DNA of 64,000 nucleotides from an uncultured Phycisphaerae bacterium (GCA_964563935.1 CAZLZE010000004.1:6514-70513); one strand, 5' to 3'. Counted from the stretch's first letter, positions 29,881-39,947 are shown. Numbers and translations are program-made. Notes: generated by a model from the letters alone, not told the origin.

Positions 29881-30570
29881 ATGATGACACGACAGTGGGT
29901 CCGGGAAAAGGCATGGGCGGTGGTTCTGGCAGCGATGATCCTGTCACTGCCCGGAACGGTCAGCGGAGCGATCAGTTACTCGTTCGACATTTTCACCGAC
30001 AACGGGTTGTACAATGACGACCCCGGCGTGAAACTGGTGGCGGAGGTGTCCGGCGGGTTCGAGCAGGCGAGCTTCAAGTTCTACAACAACAGTACGGTCG
30101 ATTGCGTAATCGCGAACATCTACTTCGAGGATGGCTCGCTGTTGGGACTCGACACAATCGTCAATGGCCCGAACACGTTGTTCATCAACGGCGGCACGCC
30201 GAAGAACATGCCCTCGGCAAACACGCTGAGTCCTGCGTTCAATGCAACGCGAGAGTTCACGACCAGTGCGGACAATCCCATGCCGCAGAACGGCATTTCG
30301 AACGTAACCGTGCCCGCCAAAAAGTGGCTCCAACTGAACTTCTCGCTGATGAACAACAAATCCATCCAGGATGTTTACAACGAGTTGAATTCCGGAACGC
30401 TGCGAGTGGGCGCCCATGTGATCGCCTTCGCCGACGGATCGAGCGAGTCGGCGATCCTCGTTCCCTCCACCGGCGAAGTTATCCCGGATAATCCGGAACT
30501 TCCGGAACCGGTGAGCCTGGCCTTCCTGGTCACGGGAGCGGTGGCTCTCCTGCGCCGCCGTACGGCATAA
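29881..30570 (+). CDS. PEP-CTERM sorting-domain protein (putative exosortase substrate)
   Basis: Signal peptide 'MMTRQWVREKAWAVVLAAMILSLPGTVSG'. C-terminus 'PEPVSLAFLVTGAVALLRRRTA' is PEP, then TM, then an Arg cluster. Confidence 0.65.
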   Translation: MMTRQWVREKAWAVVLAAMILSLPGTVSGAISYSFDIFTDNGLYNDDPGVKLVAEVSGGFEQASFKFYNNSTVDCVIANIYFEDGSLLGLDTIVNGPNTLFINGGTPKNMPSANTLSPAFNATREFTTSADNPMPQNGISNVTVPAKKWLQLNFSLMNNKSIQDVYNELNSGTLRVGAHVIAFADGSSESAILVPSTGEVIPDNPELPEPVSLAFLVTGAVALLRRRTA

Positions 30571-30598
30571 CGCGAAGTTGCATTCAGAGTACGTTTCA

Positions 30599-30634
30599 GG
30601 GCTGCTCGGTGAACACGGGCAGCCCTCTCTTTTT
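30599..30634 (+). terminator. rho-independent terminator after the PEP-CTERM gene
   Basis: GGGCTGC...GCAGCCC followed by TCTCTTTTT. Confidence 0.6.
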
Positions 30635-30714
30635 GCGCGGGCATCGAGTCCGAAAAAATGTCCGTGGCGCGCGAAATCCGCCCATTTCGTCAAGGTTTTC
30701 TGGAAATTTTGCTC

Positions 30715-30808
30715 TTGCAATGAAATCTTCAATTCACTATACTATATCCTGAAGCACTTGGGAGAGTGAGAGTAAAAGAGAGAAAATCCCCAAGTGCTTT
30801 TTTTGTTT
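30715..30808 (+). ncRNA. candidate small RNA: promoter immediately followed by a terminator hairpin
   Basis: TTGCAA (30715-30720), 17-nt spacer, TATACT (30738-30743). Then stem AGCACTTGGG(G)/CCCCAAGTGCT (30753-30798) with a 26-nt loop and TTTTTTTGTTT. Predicted transcript about 60 nt. Confidence 0.35.
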
Positions 30809-30907
30809 GGTCTTCAGGGTATGCAAGTCTGTCACGCAATCCGGGAAGATCACGAAGGTTGATGACCCGTCTGACCGTAGAGATCAGGCGGGCAGCTGCG
30901 GAAGAAG

Positions 30908-31183
30908 GTGCCTGGAGCTATGGACGAGAAACGAGCACAGGTGATTTTCAAACTGGAAGATGTACTTTGCCCGGACCAGGACGCGATCTTCGCCCATATT
31001 AACGGCGAACTGGAGGTGGTCGGCAAAGAGGTCTTCCGCAGCGATGGCCCTCAACAAAAAGGTGAGTTTGCCATTATCGAAGTACTGGGAATCGCCATGC
31101 CGCTGGTGGTTCCGCTTAAAAAACTCAGATTGCTGACGACGCAAGAAGAATCTGCAAAGCGGCACGCGGAAGTCCAGCACTAA
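30908..31183 (+). CDS. small hypothetical protein
   Basis: 91-aa ORF (GTG start, Met at 30920) with protein-like composition. The antisense ORF 30884-31372 looks like junk. Confidence 0.3.
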   Translation: MPGAMDEKRAQVIFKLEDVLCPDQDAIFAHINGELEVVGKEVFRSDGPQQKGEFAIIEVLGIAMPLVVPLKKLRLLTTQEESAKRHAEVQH

Positions 31184-31413
31184 AGCTGGCCCGCAAGACA
31201 GTTGAAATGTGAATAACCAGACTATCGCGATCCCGGCTTCGGCTGGCGTCGATGAACGATACTCTCTCTCCCTCCCAGGCTTGAGCTGCTCTACTCTGGA
31301 CAGCTTGAGCCTGTATGAAGGCAACCCCGAAAATGATCGGGAAGCAATAGACAGGACCTCCTGGTCGAACAAAACTCCTTGACCAGGAGGAGGCGGAAAA
31401 AGAAGGTGGGAAC

Positions 31414-31437
31414 GGTGGGCTTAGCCCACCTTTTTTT
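31414..31437 (+). terminator. rho-independent terminator
   Basis: GGTGGGC-TTA-GCCCACC followed by TTTTTTT. A second hairpin CCTCCTGGTC...GACCAGGAGG sits at 31346-31380 just upstream. Confidence 0.65.
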
Positions 31438-31603
31438 ATGCGCGGAATCTTTGGAAGGACAGCCGTAGCTGCACGCTTCAGCGTGCGTTCTTCTCTGTGT
31501 AGGTCACCCGCCCTCGGCTGACGTCTTCTCTTCTTCCGATTGACATCTCCATCCCACCTTCCATAGCATTAAACAGGTATGTGTTGGTTAGGGGACATAG
31601 AAA

Positions 31604-31780
31604 ATGAACTTGGTTAAAAATCTATTGATGCTGCTTGGAATCGCGTCGCTGATCTTGGTTATCGACGGCTTGCGAAAGAAGGGACCGGCTGAAAAAGTCG
31701 GCGAACAACTGGACGAAGCAGGAAGACAGGTGGGGCGAGATCTTCGACATGCCGGTCGGAGTCTCCACCAGCCCAGCTAG
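31604..31780 (+). CDS. small single-TM protein (58 aa), absent from the ORF track because of the length cutoff
   Basis: ATG at 31604 after 'ggggacatagaaa'. 'MNLVKNLLMLLGIASLILVIDGL' is a TM helix, followed by a charged tail. Confidence 0.3.
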   Translation: MNLVKNLLMLLGIASLILVIDGLRKKGPAEKVGEQLDEAGRQVGRDLRHAGRSLHQPS

Positions 31781-32031
31781 ACAGAAACGCGATGACCCGC
31801 GGGGAATGATTTCAACAGAACCGGCCAGACAATCAACGACAGCCGAAATCTTAAGGGTAAACGCGCCTTCACGCCTCATGAGAATCCCTGCCATTTTACT
31901 GAAAGAAATGCACCGGGAACCTTCAATTATTAATACTGGAAATCGATGGCCCGATCCCTGACATCATGGTTGACCGGCGGTGGAATTCCGTCATAATGAT
32001 GGCACGTGCTTTCTTTCATGGAGGTCCTTGC

Positions 32032-34155
32032 ATGCTGAACAGAGTGATGTCCCTGATGATCCTCTTGGCTGTTTCTTGTTCCCTGGCATTCGCCCAGCAG
32101 GAGGGAATGGTGCCCTTCTGTATCCCCGCCAAACCGGATCCCCAGTCTGTCATCCAGATGCCACCGCCCGCGCCCATCTCCGTGACCAGTGAACGCGTGG
32201 CCGTCAAGAACGGCAAATTCTACGTCGGTGATCGTCGATTCATTGTCTGGGGCGTGAACCTCGGCGGAGCCACGCCCACGCACGCGGAAGCCGAAACGCT
32301 CGCCAAACGCATGGCCCAAGCCGGCGTCAACTCCGTCCGATTCCACGGTATCGAGTACTGGAGCTTCTGGAAGGAAGGACCGCTCACACCCGCCGAAGCC
32401 GAGGTCGCCGACAAGTTCGACTACCTCGTCGCCCAACTCGCACAAAACGGGATCTATGCCAATTTCAACCTGCACACTTACCGCCGATACAGCACGGAAC
32501 TCAAACTCCCCGACGCGGACAAGGTGCCCGGCATCGGCGACAAGCTCATCGACATCTTCACTCCCCAACTCATCGACGCCCAGCGAAAACACGCCAGGAA
32601 CCTGCTCAATCACGTCAACCCCTACCGCAAAGTTCGCTACGCGGACGACCCGGCCCTCGCCTTCATCGAAATCAACAACGAGAACAGCCTCTTCCTCTGG
32701 GACGCCGAACAGCTCTATCCCCAACTCCCCCCCTACTACATCAACATCATCCAGGCCCGATTCAACGAATACCTCAAATCCACCTACGGCTCAACACCAA
32801 AGCTCCAGGCCGCCTGGGGCCCCGCCCTGGCCAAGGATGAAACCATCGAGGCCGCAAACGTCAAATTCGTCGTCCCCAATGAACCCGAAGTCAGAAAAAT
32901 CGACCGCTTCAAATGCCTCATGCAAGTGGAAAAAGGATACTGGGAGAACATCTATAACTTCGTGAAGAAGGATCTCGGCTGCAAGGCCCTGGTCACCGGA
33001 ACCATCGTCTTCGGACCGTGCAACCTGTACGCTCAGCAAAACATGGACTGGATCGACTGTCACGCCTATTGGGGACATCCCCGCTGGGCCAAGGGCGTCA
33101 ACCGCTGGGACCCTGTCAACTGGACCGTACCCTCCGCCGCCATGGTCGATAGTCCTCACGAGACGATCACCGATCTGGACAAGATCTCGGGCCTCATGTT
33201 CTACATGACCTCCCAGCAATACAAGGGCAAACCATACACCAACAGCGAGTACAATCACCCCGCACCCAATGACTACCAGGCCGAATGCGTGCCTCTCATG
33301 GCCTCCTTCGGCGCCATGCAGGACTGGGACGGACTCTGGCTGTTCGTCTACGAAGCGGGAAACTGGGACCGCAACCGCATCCACTGGTTCGACCTCGATA
33401 CAAACCCCGCAAAGTGGGGGTTCATGCAGACCGGCGCCGCCATCTTCCGAGATCGACAAATCACACCCTTCCAGAAATCACGAACCCTCAGCTACACCTC
33501 ATCCAGCGACCCTCTCGCCGATATGGCCAGGCATCAGATCAAACGCAACTACGACACATTCACCATGCTCGCCGACCAGCATGGCATAAACTGGAAGGAC
33601 TTCCTCGACACCCGCCTCATTTCCTCCCTTCATAAAAAGGACAACGCCAAACACAATCCGATCCCCCTGCTCCAACCGGAGAAATCCAAACTTGCATGGG
33701 ACCTCGCCCCCAACGGCCATGGAAAATACCTCGCAAAAGGCGTCGGCGCCATGGTGTGGATGGGGCACAAAGACCGCTTCACCGAAGGTAACTTCATCCT
33801 CGAAAGCCCCGACTATGCCGTGGTCACCATGACCGCCCTGGACGATCAACCCTTCCAAAAGAGCAAAAAAATCCTCGTCACCGCGATCAAGCGGTGCGAA
33901 AACACAGGCATGAAGTTCAACGAAAAACGCGACTCCGTGGGCAACAACTGGGGCGGACCGCCCGTCATCATCGAGCCGATCAAGGGCACAATCTCCGGTC
34001 TGTCGTTCCTCAAGGGTGACTGGAAATGCCAGACCCTCGGCCCCGACGGAAAACCGACAGCCAACGTCCCGCTCACGACAGACGCCAAAACCAAAACCCT
34101 CGTCCTGAAACTGTCGCCCGAATACAAAACAATGTGGTACCTGCTGACAAAGTAA
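32032..34155 (+). CDS. secreted clan GH-A TIM-barrel glycoside hydrolase (GH5-like)
   Basis: Signal peptide 'MLNRVMSLMILLAVSCSLAFAQQ'. 'GVNLGG...GVNSVRFHG' and 'FIEINNENS' (candidate acid/base NE[N/P]). About 707 aa. Confidence 0.6.
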   Translation: MLNRVMSLMILLAVSCSLAFAQQEGMVPFCIPAKPDPQSVIQMPPPAPISVTSERVAVKNGKFYVGDRRFIVWGVNLGGATPTHAEAETLAKRMAQAGVNSVRFHGIEYWSFWKEGPLTPAEAEVADKFDYLVAQLAQNGIYANFNLHTYRRYSTELKLPDADKVPGIGDKLIDIFTPQLIDAQRKHARNLLNHVNPYRKVRYADDPALAFIEINNENSLFLWDAEQLYPQLPPYYINIIQARFNEYLKSTYGSTPKLQAAWGPALAKDETIEAANVKFVVPNEPEVRKIDRFKCLMQVEKGYWENIYNFVKKDLGCKALVTGTIVFGPCNLYAQQNMDWIDCHAYWGHPRWAKGVNRWDPVNWTVPSAAMVDSPHETITDLDKISGLMFYMTSQQYKGKPYTNSEYNHPAPNDYQAECVPLMASFGAMQDWDGLWLFVYEAGNWDRNRIHWFDLDTNPAKWGFMQTGAAIFRDRQITPFQKSRTLSYTSSSDPLADMARHQIKRNYDTFTMLADQHGINWKDFLDTRLISSLHKKDNAKHNPIPLLQPEKSKLAWDLAPNGHGKYLAKGVGAMVWMGHKDRFTEGNFILESPDYAVVTMTALDDQPFQKSKKILVTAIKRCENTGMKFNEKRDSVGNNWGGPPVIIEPIKGTISGLSFLKGDWKCQTLGPDGKPTANVPLTTDAKTKTLVLKLSPEYKTMWYLLTK

Positions 34156-34313
34156 TCTGTCATCACAGAATATCCCAAGAACCCGGAACTACATTTTTGT
34201 GGCTCCGGGTTCTTTTACGCACACTTTTGTGCTCAAATACCCCCACAACACCCCTTCCGACACGCCTCCAGACCGTTTGGCACGCGTGGCACACCGTTTG
34301 CCACACTCTTGAT

Positions 34314-35147
34314 ATGTCTACAACAACGAGAGTACTTGTTTTGAGAAGGAACGACCCTGTGAGACGAGGCTGCTTGATCGACATGGATGGCGTGATGTAC
34401 CGGGGAAATGAACTCATTCCCAGTGCGGACATCTTTATAAACAAACTGATCCAATTGGACATTCCGTTCCTGTTTCTGACGAACAACAGTCAACGAACGC
34501 GACGCGACGTGGCCACACGACTCAACCGCATGGGAATCGCCGCGGAAGAACGACACATCTTCACCTGCGCCATGGCCACCGCAAGGTTCCTCGCCATGCA
34601 GAAACCCGGCGGAACAGCCTACGTCATCGGCGAGGGCGGATTGCTTAACGCCCTGTATCAAAACGGATACGCCGTCGTCGATCATGACCCGGACTACGTG
34701 GTCATCGGAGAAGGCAGGACCATGACGCTTGAGACGGTGGAAAAGGCAGTACGAATGATCCTCAACGGCGCCAAGCTCATCGCCACGAATCTCGACCCGA
34801 ATTGTCCGACCGCCGACGGACTGCGACCCGGATGCGGAGCCATCACCGCCATGCTCGAAACCGCCACCGGAACCAAGGCCTTCAGCGTCGGAAAACCCAG
34901 CCCCGTCATGATGAGAATGGCCAGAAAGGAAATCGGCCTGGATACTCAGGCCACCACCATGATCGGTGATACGATGGAAACCGACATTCTCGGCGGGGTC
35001 CAGATGGGATATCGCACGGTTCTGGTGCTCTCCGGCGGAACTCGCGAGGCGGATCTGGCAAAGTATGCATATCGGCCGGACTTGGTCGTGGCCTCCGTTG
35101 CCGACCTGTGTACCCCGGAATTCCTCTCGGGAGAACTGGCCGCATAA
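34314..35147 (+). CDS. HAD-superfamily hydrolase, subfamily IIA (NagD-like)
   Basis: 'LIDMDGVMYRG' motif I, 'FLTNNS' motif II, 'GKPSP...IGDTMETDILGG' motifs III/IV. 277 aa from the ATG at 34314. Confidence 0.75.
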   Translation: MSTTTRVLVLRRNDPVRRGCLIDMDGVMYRGNELIPSADIFINKLIQLDIPFLFLTNNSQRTRRDVATRLNRMGIAAEERHIFTCAMATARFLAMQKPGGTAYVIGEGGLLNALYQNGYAVVDHDPDYVVIGEGRTMTLETVEKAVRMILNGAKLIATNLDPNCPTADGLRPGCGAITAMLETATGTKAFSVGKPSPVMMRMARKEIGLDTQATTMIGDTMETDILGGVQMGYRTVLVLSGGTREADLAKYAYRPDLVVASVADLCTPEFLSGELAA

Positions 35148-35264
35148 TCGAACCTGCAACCAATACTACCGGACAATATTATGGAATGATCTCATAGAAT
35201 GACGCGACCGTAAGGGAGTCTGGAACCGTTCTCCCCCTTCACACCCCTCCCTGGCGTGTCTCGT

Positions 35265-36761
35265 TCAATCGGCAGGTACGCACCGCCCCGTCGACCACTT
35301 CCGCAGCGCGTCCACACGCTCCGCCATCGTCACCGAGAGTGGCGGCGACGACTGAATTGCCTGCAAAACATGCTCCGTCGTCAACTCCACCTTCGAACCA
35401 AAGACGTTATGAAGTGCCGATACGATCGCCGACTCGATTTCCGCCCCGCTGAACCCTTCCGACGCGTCGGCCAACGCGTTCAAGTCAAACTGCGAGGGAT
35501 TGCGACGGCGTTTCTTGAGGTGAATGGCAAAAATCTCCTTCCGAACGTCCCGAGAGGGAAGATCGACAAAAAAAATCTCGTCAAATCGACCCTTGCGAAG
35601 CAATTCCGGCGGCAAAGCCTCGATATCGTTCGCCGTCGCCACCAGAAACACATGTGCATTGTGTTCCTGCATCCACGTCAGCAGCATGCCGAACATGCGC
35701 TGCGACAATCCCCCGTCGCTGCTCCGGCTGGCGGCCGAGGCGAACCCCTTTTCGATCTCGTCAATCCATAGAACAATCGGCGCCATGCGCTCCGCCTGGC
35801 GAAACGCGTCCCGAAGCCGACGCTCGGATTCACCAATGTACCGATCGTACAACGCCCCAGGATCCATACGCAAAAGAGGCCGCTGCCACGCCGTCGCGAT
35901 CGCCTTCGCGCATAAACTCTTTCCCGCCCCCTGCACCCCCAGCATCAGCACACCACGCGGCGGAGCCAGCCCGAACGCCAATGCCTCATCCGTCGCCGCG
36001 TTCTGTCGCTGCTTAAGCCAGCCCTTGAGCCGGCGAAATCCGCCGATCTCCTCCAGGTCCACCGGCGTCTCGATGTATTCCAGCAGTCCGCCCCCGTGAA
36101 GCACTTGGCGCTTGCCCGCCAGAATCGCGTTGATGTCGCTGGCGTTGAAACTCAAATCCTCGGACACGGTATCGATAATGATCTGCTGCGCCTGACGCCG
36201 AGTCAGTCCCCGCAAATTACGTATGATCGTCTTCAACGCCGGCCGCGTGATGTCGATCTTGATCGGATTTTCCTTATGGATCACCCGAAGGCTGTCCAGT
36301 ACGATCATCTCCAATTCTTTTTCGTCCGGAAACGACAACTCAAATCTCGTCGCATACGAAGAAATCACCGCCGGCAGATCGTCACGGGGATCGATGATCA
36401 CCAGATGCCCGCCGCCCTGGCTGAACAAATCAATCAACTCGCGCAGTATCCGCAGCGTCCTTGGCTCCTTCAAATGCTCCACCAGATCCAACGCGACGCA
36501 GACCGACCCGTTCTCACGCACCCCGTAGTAATACAACGCCGCCGCCGGATGCTCCGTATCCGAAATCGGCATCCCGTCGTCACGATATCCGTCGCGAATC
36601 CCCCGATTCATCGACCACACCCAGAGCTTCTGCCCCGCCCGCTCCGACGCCCGCCGAACCAGGTTCAACGCATATTCCTCTTCAAACGTCGAAATGAAAA
36701 TGCACGTGTGGCGGGCCCGAAATAAATGTTCCAACCGCTCCAGGTCTGTCATGATCACCAT
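35265..36761 (-). CDS. classical-clade AAA ATPase with a degenerate N-terminal AAA-like domain
   Basis: Walker A 'GVQGAGKS', Walker B 'IVLWIDEIE', second region of homology 'ATANDIEALPPELLRKGRFDEIFFVDLP'. 498 aa. Confidence 0.7.
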   Translation of the reverse strand: MVIMTDLERLEHLFRARHTCIFISTFEEEYALNLVRRASERAGQKLWVWSMNRGIRDGYRDDGMPISDTEHPAAALYYYGVRENGSVCVALDLVEHLKEPRTLRILRELIDLFSQGGGHLVIIDPRDDLPAVISSYATRFELSFPDEKELEMIVLDSLRVIHKENPIKIDITRPALKTIIRNLRGLTRRQAQQIIIDTVSEDLSFNASDINAILAGKRQVLHGGGLLEYIETPVDLEEIGGFRRLKGWLKQRQNAATDEALAFGLAPPRGVLMLGVQGAGKSLCAKAIATAWQRPLLRMDPGALYDRYIGESERRLRDAFRQAERMAPIVLWIDEIEKGFASAASRSSDGGLSQRMFGMLLTWMQEHNAHVFLVATANDIEALPPELLRKGRFDEIFFVDLPSRDVRKEIFAIHLKKRRRNPSQFDLNALADASEGFSGAEIESAIVSALHNVFGSKVELTTEHVLQAIQSSPPLSVTMAERVDALRKWSTGRCVPAD

Positions 36762-36887
36762 CCCTGTAAAACAATCTTGACCGGAACCATTCTATCACGC
36801 ATCAACGCCCCCAGGCAAGTCCTGCAGTCCTGTAGAAGGGTTCACCAACCCATCGCTTCTTCTCTTTCTACATGCATCCGCGACTTC

Positions 36888-38015
36888 TCAACCCACCACT
36901 GCCTTCATCCAGCAATAAATCGCATCCCCGATCTGCCGGTAACCCTCGGCCGACGGGTGAACGCCATTATCAAGCCGCGCGCCCTCCTGCGACGTCCGCG
37001 AGTTCCACGGCTTCGTCGCCTGCGGATAATTGTGGACACAATCCACATTCGTACCCGCCGGAACAAGCCACAAATTCTCCTTCTCGCGCCCACCGTATCG
37101 CTCAGTCATAACCTCCACCACCCGATGCTGGTTCCGCTTGTATTGCCAGCGAGTCTGCAGGCATCCGTAGTTGGACCCAAACGCGTCCTGCGATGCCGCC
37201 GGCGGCGGGGGAAGAACCGCCCCAATCTTGATTTTCCGACTAAAGCCATGGATCATCGCGAGCAGTTGATCGTAATACCGCATCATCCGCTCGACGTGCT
37301 GCGGCAAATTCTCTTCCGTGGCGTGAAAAATATCATTCGCCCCGAGAAAAATCGTCACCACGTCCGGCGCCTTGCCGTCGTTCGTCTCCCGAATGTACCG
37401 GGCGAAATCAAGCTGCGGCTTGCCGTCCGCCCCTTCATACAGAAATGGACTGCCGCACTCCCGATAGTTGCTCGTCCGAGCCACGCCCGTATACGCGGTG
37501 ACAAACGCCTCCGCCGTCCACCCGCCGTACCCCTCGTGCCGATTCTCCGGCGGCATCTTCAAGTCCGTCGAAACATGCGTTCCGATGAGTCTAAGCCGCG
37601 GCTGGCCCACCGACCCGCAAAGCTCAAGCAGATGGCCCGTGTATACCGACTGATACGTCAGACTGTCCCCAATGCACAGCATCGCGATGGATCTGCCCGC
37701 CCCCGCCTCAGCCGAAACGACACGCACCGTCGAACTCCCCCGCGCAATGACCGCATTATCCTCGTCAATCACCTCCAGCACCAGCACATGCTCCCCCACA
37801 TCCTCAGCCAACGGCACAAAAGTCCACCGTTCCGCCTGCAATCTCCCCTTGGCGCATGATACGCGAAACACATAATTCGCCGGATTCACCACCAGCACAA
37901 CGTTGTCAAAATAAACGTTCGTCTCAATCCCCGATACCGCGTAAATCACCTTCGGCAGCACCAGCCGGACCGGACCCAAAACATCAGGCTCGTTATGATT
38001 CGCCTTCCTGCTCAT
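36888..38015 (-). CDS. SGNH/GDSL-family hydrolase with an N-terminal beta-sandwich domain (cytoplasmic)
   Basis: 'LCIGDSLT' block I and 'DGVHPSAEGY' block V. Start at the internal ATG at 38015, preceded by GGAGGAA. No signal peptide. Confidence 0.65.
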   Translation of the reverse strand: MSRKANHNEPDVLGPVRLVLPKVIYAVSGIETNVYFDNVVLVVNPANYVFRVSCAKGRLQAERWTFVPLAEDVGEHVLVLEVIDEDNAVIARGSSTVRVVSAEAGAGRSIAMLCIGDSLTYQSVYTGHLLELCGSVGQPRLRLIGTHVSTDLKMPPENRHEGYGGWTAEAFVTAYTGVARTSNYRECGSPFLYEGADGKPQLDFARYIRETNDGKAPDVVTIFLGANDIFHATEENLPQHVERMMRYYDQLLAMIHGFSRKIKIGAVLPPPPAASQDAFGSNYGCLQTRWQYKRNQHRVVEVMTERYGGREKENLWLVPAGTNVDCVHNYPQATKPWNSRTSQEGARLDNGVHPSAEGYRQIGDAIYCWMKAVVG

Positions 38016-38088
38016 GGGCTGTTCCTCCACTTGATCAAACGGGAAATGATACCACCGACAGGATGTCCGCACAACGTATACACGGAAA

Positions 38089-39129
38089 TCAAAAACCATC
38101 CGGATAACATTCCGCCGGACCGAGCCATTTATGGCACTGGTTGGCATGATACAGCGTCCAGCGAAGATGATAGCAAAGCTGGCACTTGGAAATGTACCCC
38201 CGCGCCAACGGCTTAAAACCATATCGCGACGCCAGTTCGATCAGCCCCACCGGCCCGTGCTCCACGAGCGTCGGAATCACCGGCCCGCTCGGACCACGGT
38301 CGTTCAACCAGTCATAAACGTCGCCGATTTGCTCACTGATCGCGTTGCCCAGAATGATCCCGCAACACGTTCCCGGAAAGATGTTGCCGTACGGGTCGAT
38401 GTGGACATGCTTGCTCTTCAGGATACCCTTCTGGCAGTTCTCGCCGACGAACGCCTCCGGCGGACTCCCGGAAACAAGCTTCGCCGCCAGCATGGCCGCC
38501 CGACCATTCAAACGCTCCCGCCCGTCCTTCAATGCATCGATCTGAATCTCCCGCCGCTGCTCTTCATCGAGATTCGAAATATCCAGATCGTTCTCGAGAA
38601 CGAAATTGTAAAAATCCCACCAGCGAACGCGGACACCCTCAGACCCGAGCACGTCCGGGCCGATATCCACCAACCGTTTGACGTTCGCAATCGGCACAAA
38701 CTCCTGATGAAACACATCGGCGTCGGTCGTGATAAGCTGCACGCCCAATTCCTTGAGCGAGGTCAGCCGTTCGCGAACGATCGTGTCGTCGGTCGCCCAG
38801 AAGGCATTCGTCTCGATCTTCTCCAACGACGGCAGCCCCGCCTCATTCGCCAGCCGAAGAACGCCAACCACAAGGGCCCAATTTCCAAACGCTTCCCCGC
38901 CCGTCAGGTGAATCTTCACATGACCGCACGTGCGACCCGCCAGCGCCTCCAACTGCTTCCACCAATCCACCACGCGCTCCGCCTCAGCCCAGAATTTATG
39001 CTCCGGACTGCAATTGACGTAACAAAATGCGCACCGGGCCGGACACCAGTAGCTCAGCATCAGACCGGCGTATTGCCAGGGCGACAAACGCCCCGCGGAT
39101 TCTCTTGTTGGTTTCTGAACCTTCGTCAT
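38089..39129 (-). CDS. radical SAM enzyme with a Cys-rich C-terminal region
   Basis: 'CPARCAFC' CxxxCxxC cluster near the N-terminus. C-terminal 'CQKG...GTCCGII...CQLCYH...CHKW' looks like an auxiliary cluster. 346 aa. Confidence 0.7.
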   Translation of the reverse strand: MTKVQKPTRESAGRLSPWQYAGLMLSYWCPARCAFCYVNCSPEHKFWAEAERVVDWWKQLEALAGRTCGHVKIHLTGGEAFGNWALVVGVLRLANEAGLPSLEKIETNAFWATDDTIVRERLTSLKELGVQLITTDADVFHQEFVPIANVKRLVDIGPDVLGSEGVRVRWWDFYNFVLENDLDISNLDEEQRREIQIDALKDGRERLNGRAAMLAAKLVSGSPPEAFVGENCQKGILKSKHVHIDPYGNIFPGTCCGIILGNAISEQIGDVYDWLNDRGPSGPVIPTLVEHGPVGLIELASRYGFKPLARGYISKCQLCYHLRWTLYHANQCHKWLGPAECYPDGF

Positions 39130-39175
39130 GTTACAATCAATTATTGAACAACGAATAAGGGAATCAAGGCTAAAG

Positions 39176-39937
39176 ATGGAACAATCGACGAATCAGAAAC
39201 TCCAGCGCTATGCACGCCAGATGATGCTGCCCCAGGTCGGTCAGGCAGGCCAGGAAAAGCTGCTGCGATCGAAGGTGGCGGTCATCGGCTGTGGCGGCCT
39301 CGGCTGTACGATTACCCAGATCCTCGCCCGCGCAGGGATCGGCGAAATCACGATCTGCGACCACGACACGGTCGACCTGGAGAACCTGCACCGTCAGATT
39401 CTGTACGAAGAAAAGGATATCGGTAAGCTCAAGGCGGTGGCGGCAGGGGCGAAATTGCTGATGTTCAATTCGAACACAAAATTACACGTTTTCACATCGA
39501 AAGTTGACGGCACCAATGTTTCTGAACTCATAACCAACACGGATTTGGTGGTTGATGCGACGGATAATCTCGCCAGCCGGTACATGTTGAACTCGGCCGC
39601 GGTTCGTCTGGGTCGCGACTGGATCTACGGCGGATGCGTGGAGACCCAGGGAACGGTCATGGTTGTTCGGACCCGAACCGGCGCGTGCCTGGAATGCCTG
39701 TTCGGACCTTTTGACCCCGAAGAACAGGGCAAGAGCGGACGATTCCCAATCCTGCCGACGACGGCCGTCACGGTCGGCGCCATCCAGGCCCACGAAGTCA
39801 TCCGGTACCTGCTGACAAAAGGCGAGGATAACTCTTGCGGCAGCAAGATCATTTGCATAGATTTGTGGCAAACGCGGGTCCGGTCGAACGAAGCGGCCGG
39901 CAAAAACCCCAACTGCGGGACCTGCGGCAACATCTAG
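39176..39937 (+). CDS. ThiF/MoeB/HesA-family E1-like adenylyltransferase
   Basis: 'VAVIGCGGLGCTITQILARAGIG' nucleotide-binding loop, 'CLEC' zinc motif, C-terminal 'CGTCG'. About 253 aa from the ATG at 39176. Confidence 0.7.
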   Translation: MEQSTNQKLQRYARQMMLPQVGQAGQEKLLRSKVAVIGCGGLGCTITQILARAGIGEITICDHDTVDLENLHRQILYEEKDIGKLKAVAAGAKLLMFNSNTKLHVFTSKVDGTNVSELITNTDLVVDATDNLASRYMLNSAAVRLGRDWIYGGCVETQGTVMVVRTRTGACLECLFGPFDPEEQGKSGRFPILPTTAVTVGAIQAHEVIRYLLTKGEDNSCGSKIICIDLWQTRVRSNEAAGKNPNCGTCGNI

Positions 39938-39947
39938 ATAGAGAATC

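Noticed and set aside
31622-31894. 90-aa minus-strand ORF
   Set aside because: Junk-like translation. The overlapping 58-aa plus-strand ORF with a TM helix is preferred, itself at low confidence.
34233-35159. 308-aa minus-strand ORF
   Set aside because: Antisense to the HAD-IIA hydrolase gene, which has all four HAD motifs.
36096-37859. Two long plus-strand ORFs (209 and 377 aa)
   Set aside because: Antisense to the AAA ATPase and SGNH hydrolase genes. Arg/Pro/His-rich.
39128-39175. Alternative upstream start for the ThiF-like gene at 39128
   Set aside because: That ATG overlaps the divergent radical SAM start codon on the other strand. The ATG at 39176 preceded by AAGG is more plausible.
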